The position numbers and the translations under genes are program-made. The notes below the pieces were generated by a model, which did no database searches, had not been told where the DNA came from, and worked only from the letters and a program-made list of their open reading frames with translations. This document shows, piece by piece, positions 62,353 through 64,000 of a stretch of 64,000 nt of DNA. Source of the stretch: Ignavibacteriales bacterium (GTDB lineage: Bacteria; Bacteroidota; Ignavibacteria; UBA10030; UBA6906); the NCBI GenBank assembly GCA_037441705.1, contig JBBIRR010000001.1, forward strand, positions 276 to 64,275, given 5' to 3'. How positions within the stretch are numbered: position 1 is the first letter of the stretch; every line of letters starts with the position of its first letter.

Positions 62353-62928
62353 TCAGAACAACCAATGGAAAATCTTTGTGAGCCAGCCCGGCTCCTGCAC
62401 CTTCGAGATGCTGCCTTCGCCCTGTATCACGATCGTCGCGTCTGCGATGTTGAATGAGTAAACCGAGTTATCCGCCATGATATCCGACGGGCGAACGAAC
62501 CCGGAAAGAAGAATCTTCTGCTCCTCGCCGTTGATCGTGATGGAGCGGCTGCCGCTGATGGCGAGATTGCCGTTCGCGAGAACGGAATCCACGTGCGCGC
62601 TGATTTTTGCCCGCACCGAGCCGCGGTTCGACGTCGTGCCCTCGCCGTTGAATTTGTTGCCGGTCCCGATGCCGGCGCCGACCGTTTTGTTCGTGCCTCC
62701 GCTGATCGAGACATCGCCTGAGAGCGAAAGATCGCTGCCCCGCGCAGTTGCCGTCTTCGCGTCGTTCACCGCGCTGGAGTTTTCGACTATGAGAACAGTG
62801 ACCGCATCGCCGACACGGTTAGCTTTTTGGTCGGCAAAGAGTGAACGACTGAGATTGCTGCGCATATCCTGCGCTGCCAGCGTCCCCGCAGAGAGCAATG
62901 CCACACTCATCATCATGAACGCTTTCAT
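62353..62928 (-). CDS. flgH: flagellar L-ring protein FlgH
   Basis: Signal peptide, FlgH family core (…VGDAVTVLIVENSSA…). Confidence 0.85.
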   Translation of the reverse strand: MKAFMMMSVALLSAGTLAAQDMRSNLSRSLFADQKANRVGDAVTVLIVENSSAVNDAKTATARGSDLSLSGDVSISGGTNKTVGAGIGTGNKFNGEGTTSNRGSVRAKISAHVDSVLANGNLAISGSRSITINGEEQKILLSGFVRPSDIMADNSVYSFNIADATIVIQGEGSISKVQEPGWLTKIFHWLF

Positions 62929-62937
62929 ACTGCACCT

Positions 62938-63636
62938 CTACTGTTCGTTGGTTAATTCGACTGTTTCTGCGTCGACGACGCGAGCCGAGAACACCTCATG
63001 AGAACCAAGCTTCTGCACCCGAATACGATCGCCAGCAAGTCCATCCTCGCGCACAATGGCAGCTGTTCGGACAAGCACCGCACCCATCTTCACCACGAGC
63101 GTCACAACACTCCCCTGGCGGATCAGCGGCTGGCTCTCAAACATGCTTTGGCGCAGAACCGCTCCGCGACGAATGAACTGCCTGGTCCGTTTCCCTTGTA
63201 ACTGTTCGGGTGAGGTCAGCACGTCCGGCGGCAGGGTTGTTGTCTCACGCTGTTCGATCACCACCGGGATGGCCGACCCCTGCTGATGCTTGCCCATCGT
63301 CTCTGCAGCGACCAGAACCTGACCGAACGTCCGCACGCGGAGCGAGACGAGGAAGGTGTGCACGACGCGGCCCGCATGCACCACTTCCACCGGAAGAATG
63401 ACGTTGCCCTGAAGATCGGGCACCGACTCGGTTGCCACATGCAGTCGCGCATCCTTCGGGATATTGAGGATCCTATTAGGAACGCTGCGAAACTCCACGC
63501 GCACTTCCTGCGAGGATGAGCCAAGGCGACTCTGCACGTATTGCTGGACAACACTCTTGATCTCGTCTTCCTCGACGCTGCGCGTGGCGTCGCCTGCACC
63601 GAATGCGAGAAGCCCGATAAGCATCCACGTCGTCAC
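62938..63636 (-). CDS. flgA: flagellar basal-body P-ring formation chaperone FlgA
   Basis: Signal peptide plus C-terminal SAF domain. Position upstream of flgH-flgI. Confidence 0.7.
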   Translation of the reverse strand: MTTWMLIGLLAFGAGDATRSVEEDEIKSVVQQYVQSRLGSSSQEVRVEFRSVPNRILNIPKDARLHVATESVPDLQGNVILPVEVVHAGRVVHTFLVSLRVRTFGQVLVAAETMGKHQQGSAIPVVIEQRETTTLPPDVLTSPEQLQGKRTRQFIRRGAVLRQSMFESQPLIRQGSVVTLVVKMGAVLVRTAAIVREDGLAGDRIRVQKLGSHEVFSARVVDAETVELTNEQ

Positions 63637-63647
63637 CGCCGGTCTCC

Positions 63648-64000
63648 TTATCCACGCTTGAGGTTGTTTGCCATCTGCAGCATGTCTTCGACCGTCTTGA
63701 TGGTTTTGGAGTTGATTTCGTACGCCCGTTGTGCGACGATCATGCTCACCATTTCTTCGACCACATCCACGTTGGACGCTTCGAGATAGCCCTGGTGAAT
63801 CTCCCCGAACCCCTCGGAGCCTGCTGCACCAACCAGCGGCGGACCGCTTGCGGGCGTTTCCACGAACAGATTGTTCCCGATGGCCTTGAGACCGGCAACG
63901 TTGACGAACTTTGCCAGTTCGATCTGCGCAACCCGTATTGGCGCATCACCTGTTTTTTCGATCACTTCGATGACCCCTTCGCGGCTGATGGAGAGAGATT
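63648..64000 (-). CDS. flgG: flagellar basal-body rod protein FlgG, C-terminal part (5' end beyond window)
   Basis: C-terminal Flg_bbr_C motif (…VVEEMVSMIVAQRAYEINSK…). The frame is open to the window edge. Confidence 0.85.
   Translation of the reverse strand, partial: SLSISREGVIEVIEKTGDAPIRVAQIELAKFVNVAGLKAIGNNLFVETPASGPPLVGAAGSEGFGEIHQGYLEASNVDVVEEMVSMIVAQRAYEINSKTIKTVEDMLQMANNLKRG

Overview
This is a gene-dense, high-GC bacterial chromosomal window. Type IX secretion (T9SS) C-terminal sorting domains, a flagellar cluster and several sigma-54 enhancer-binding regulators together suggest an FCB-superphylum-like flagellated bacterium. The phylum call is inference only.

In order along the window:
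- Two large T9SS cargo proteins.
- A lysine-catabolism pair (lat plus an aldehyde dehydrogenase), followed by purB, an HtrA protease, plsY, and a LarB homolog with no other lar genes.
- Reverse transsulfuration (cystathionine beta-synthase and gamma-lyase).
- A fused nucleotidyltransferase/phosphomannomutase, then ptsN.
- An lgt - glutaredoxin-like - rlmB chain of overlapping genes.
- A minus-strand array of about 13 kb, listed from its low-coordinate end: acyl-CoA carboxyltransferase, acyl-CoA dehydrogenase, MeaB, an epimerase, a GT-C/PMT-like glycosyltransferase, purD, a hypothetical protein, a GT4 glycosyltransferase, an M24 peptidase, guaB and glutaryl-CoA dehydrogenase.
- A cluster of response regulators with no histidine kinase (NtrC-like, CheY-like, and a receiver-HisKA protein without an ATPase domain).
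- nif3 and a COG1579 zinc-ribbon gene, then an RNase P RNA (rnpB) that the ORF track misses.
- recJ and yebC-ruvCAB.
- An EutE/PduP-like acylating aldehyde dehydrogenase with an unusual C-terminal tail.
- An OmpA protein with thrombospondin type-3 (TSP3) repeats, mscL, a DUF3078 protein and an Mpg glycosylase.
- A roughly 11 kb minus-strand flagellar array: flgG (partial), flgA, H, I, a flgJ-like gene, flgN, flgK, flgL, motA2B2, fliW-csrA, motAB, headed at its 3' end by a response regulator with a degenerate HD-GYP domain.

No CRISPR array, mobile element, tRNA or obvious defence system was recognised. The most unusual observations are regulatory and architectural: the kinase-less regulator cluster, the degenerate HD-GYP regulator in the motor operon, the two stator sets, the LarB without partners, the aldehyde dehydrogenase tail, and the unannotated rnpB.
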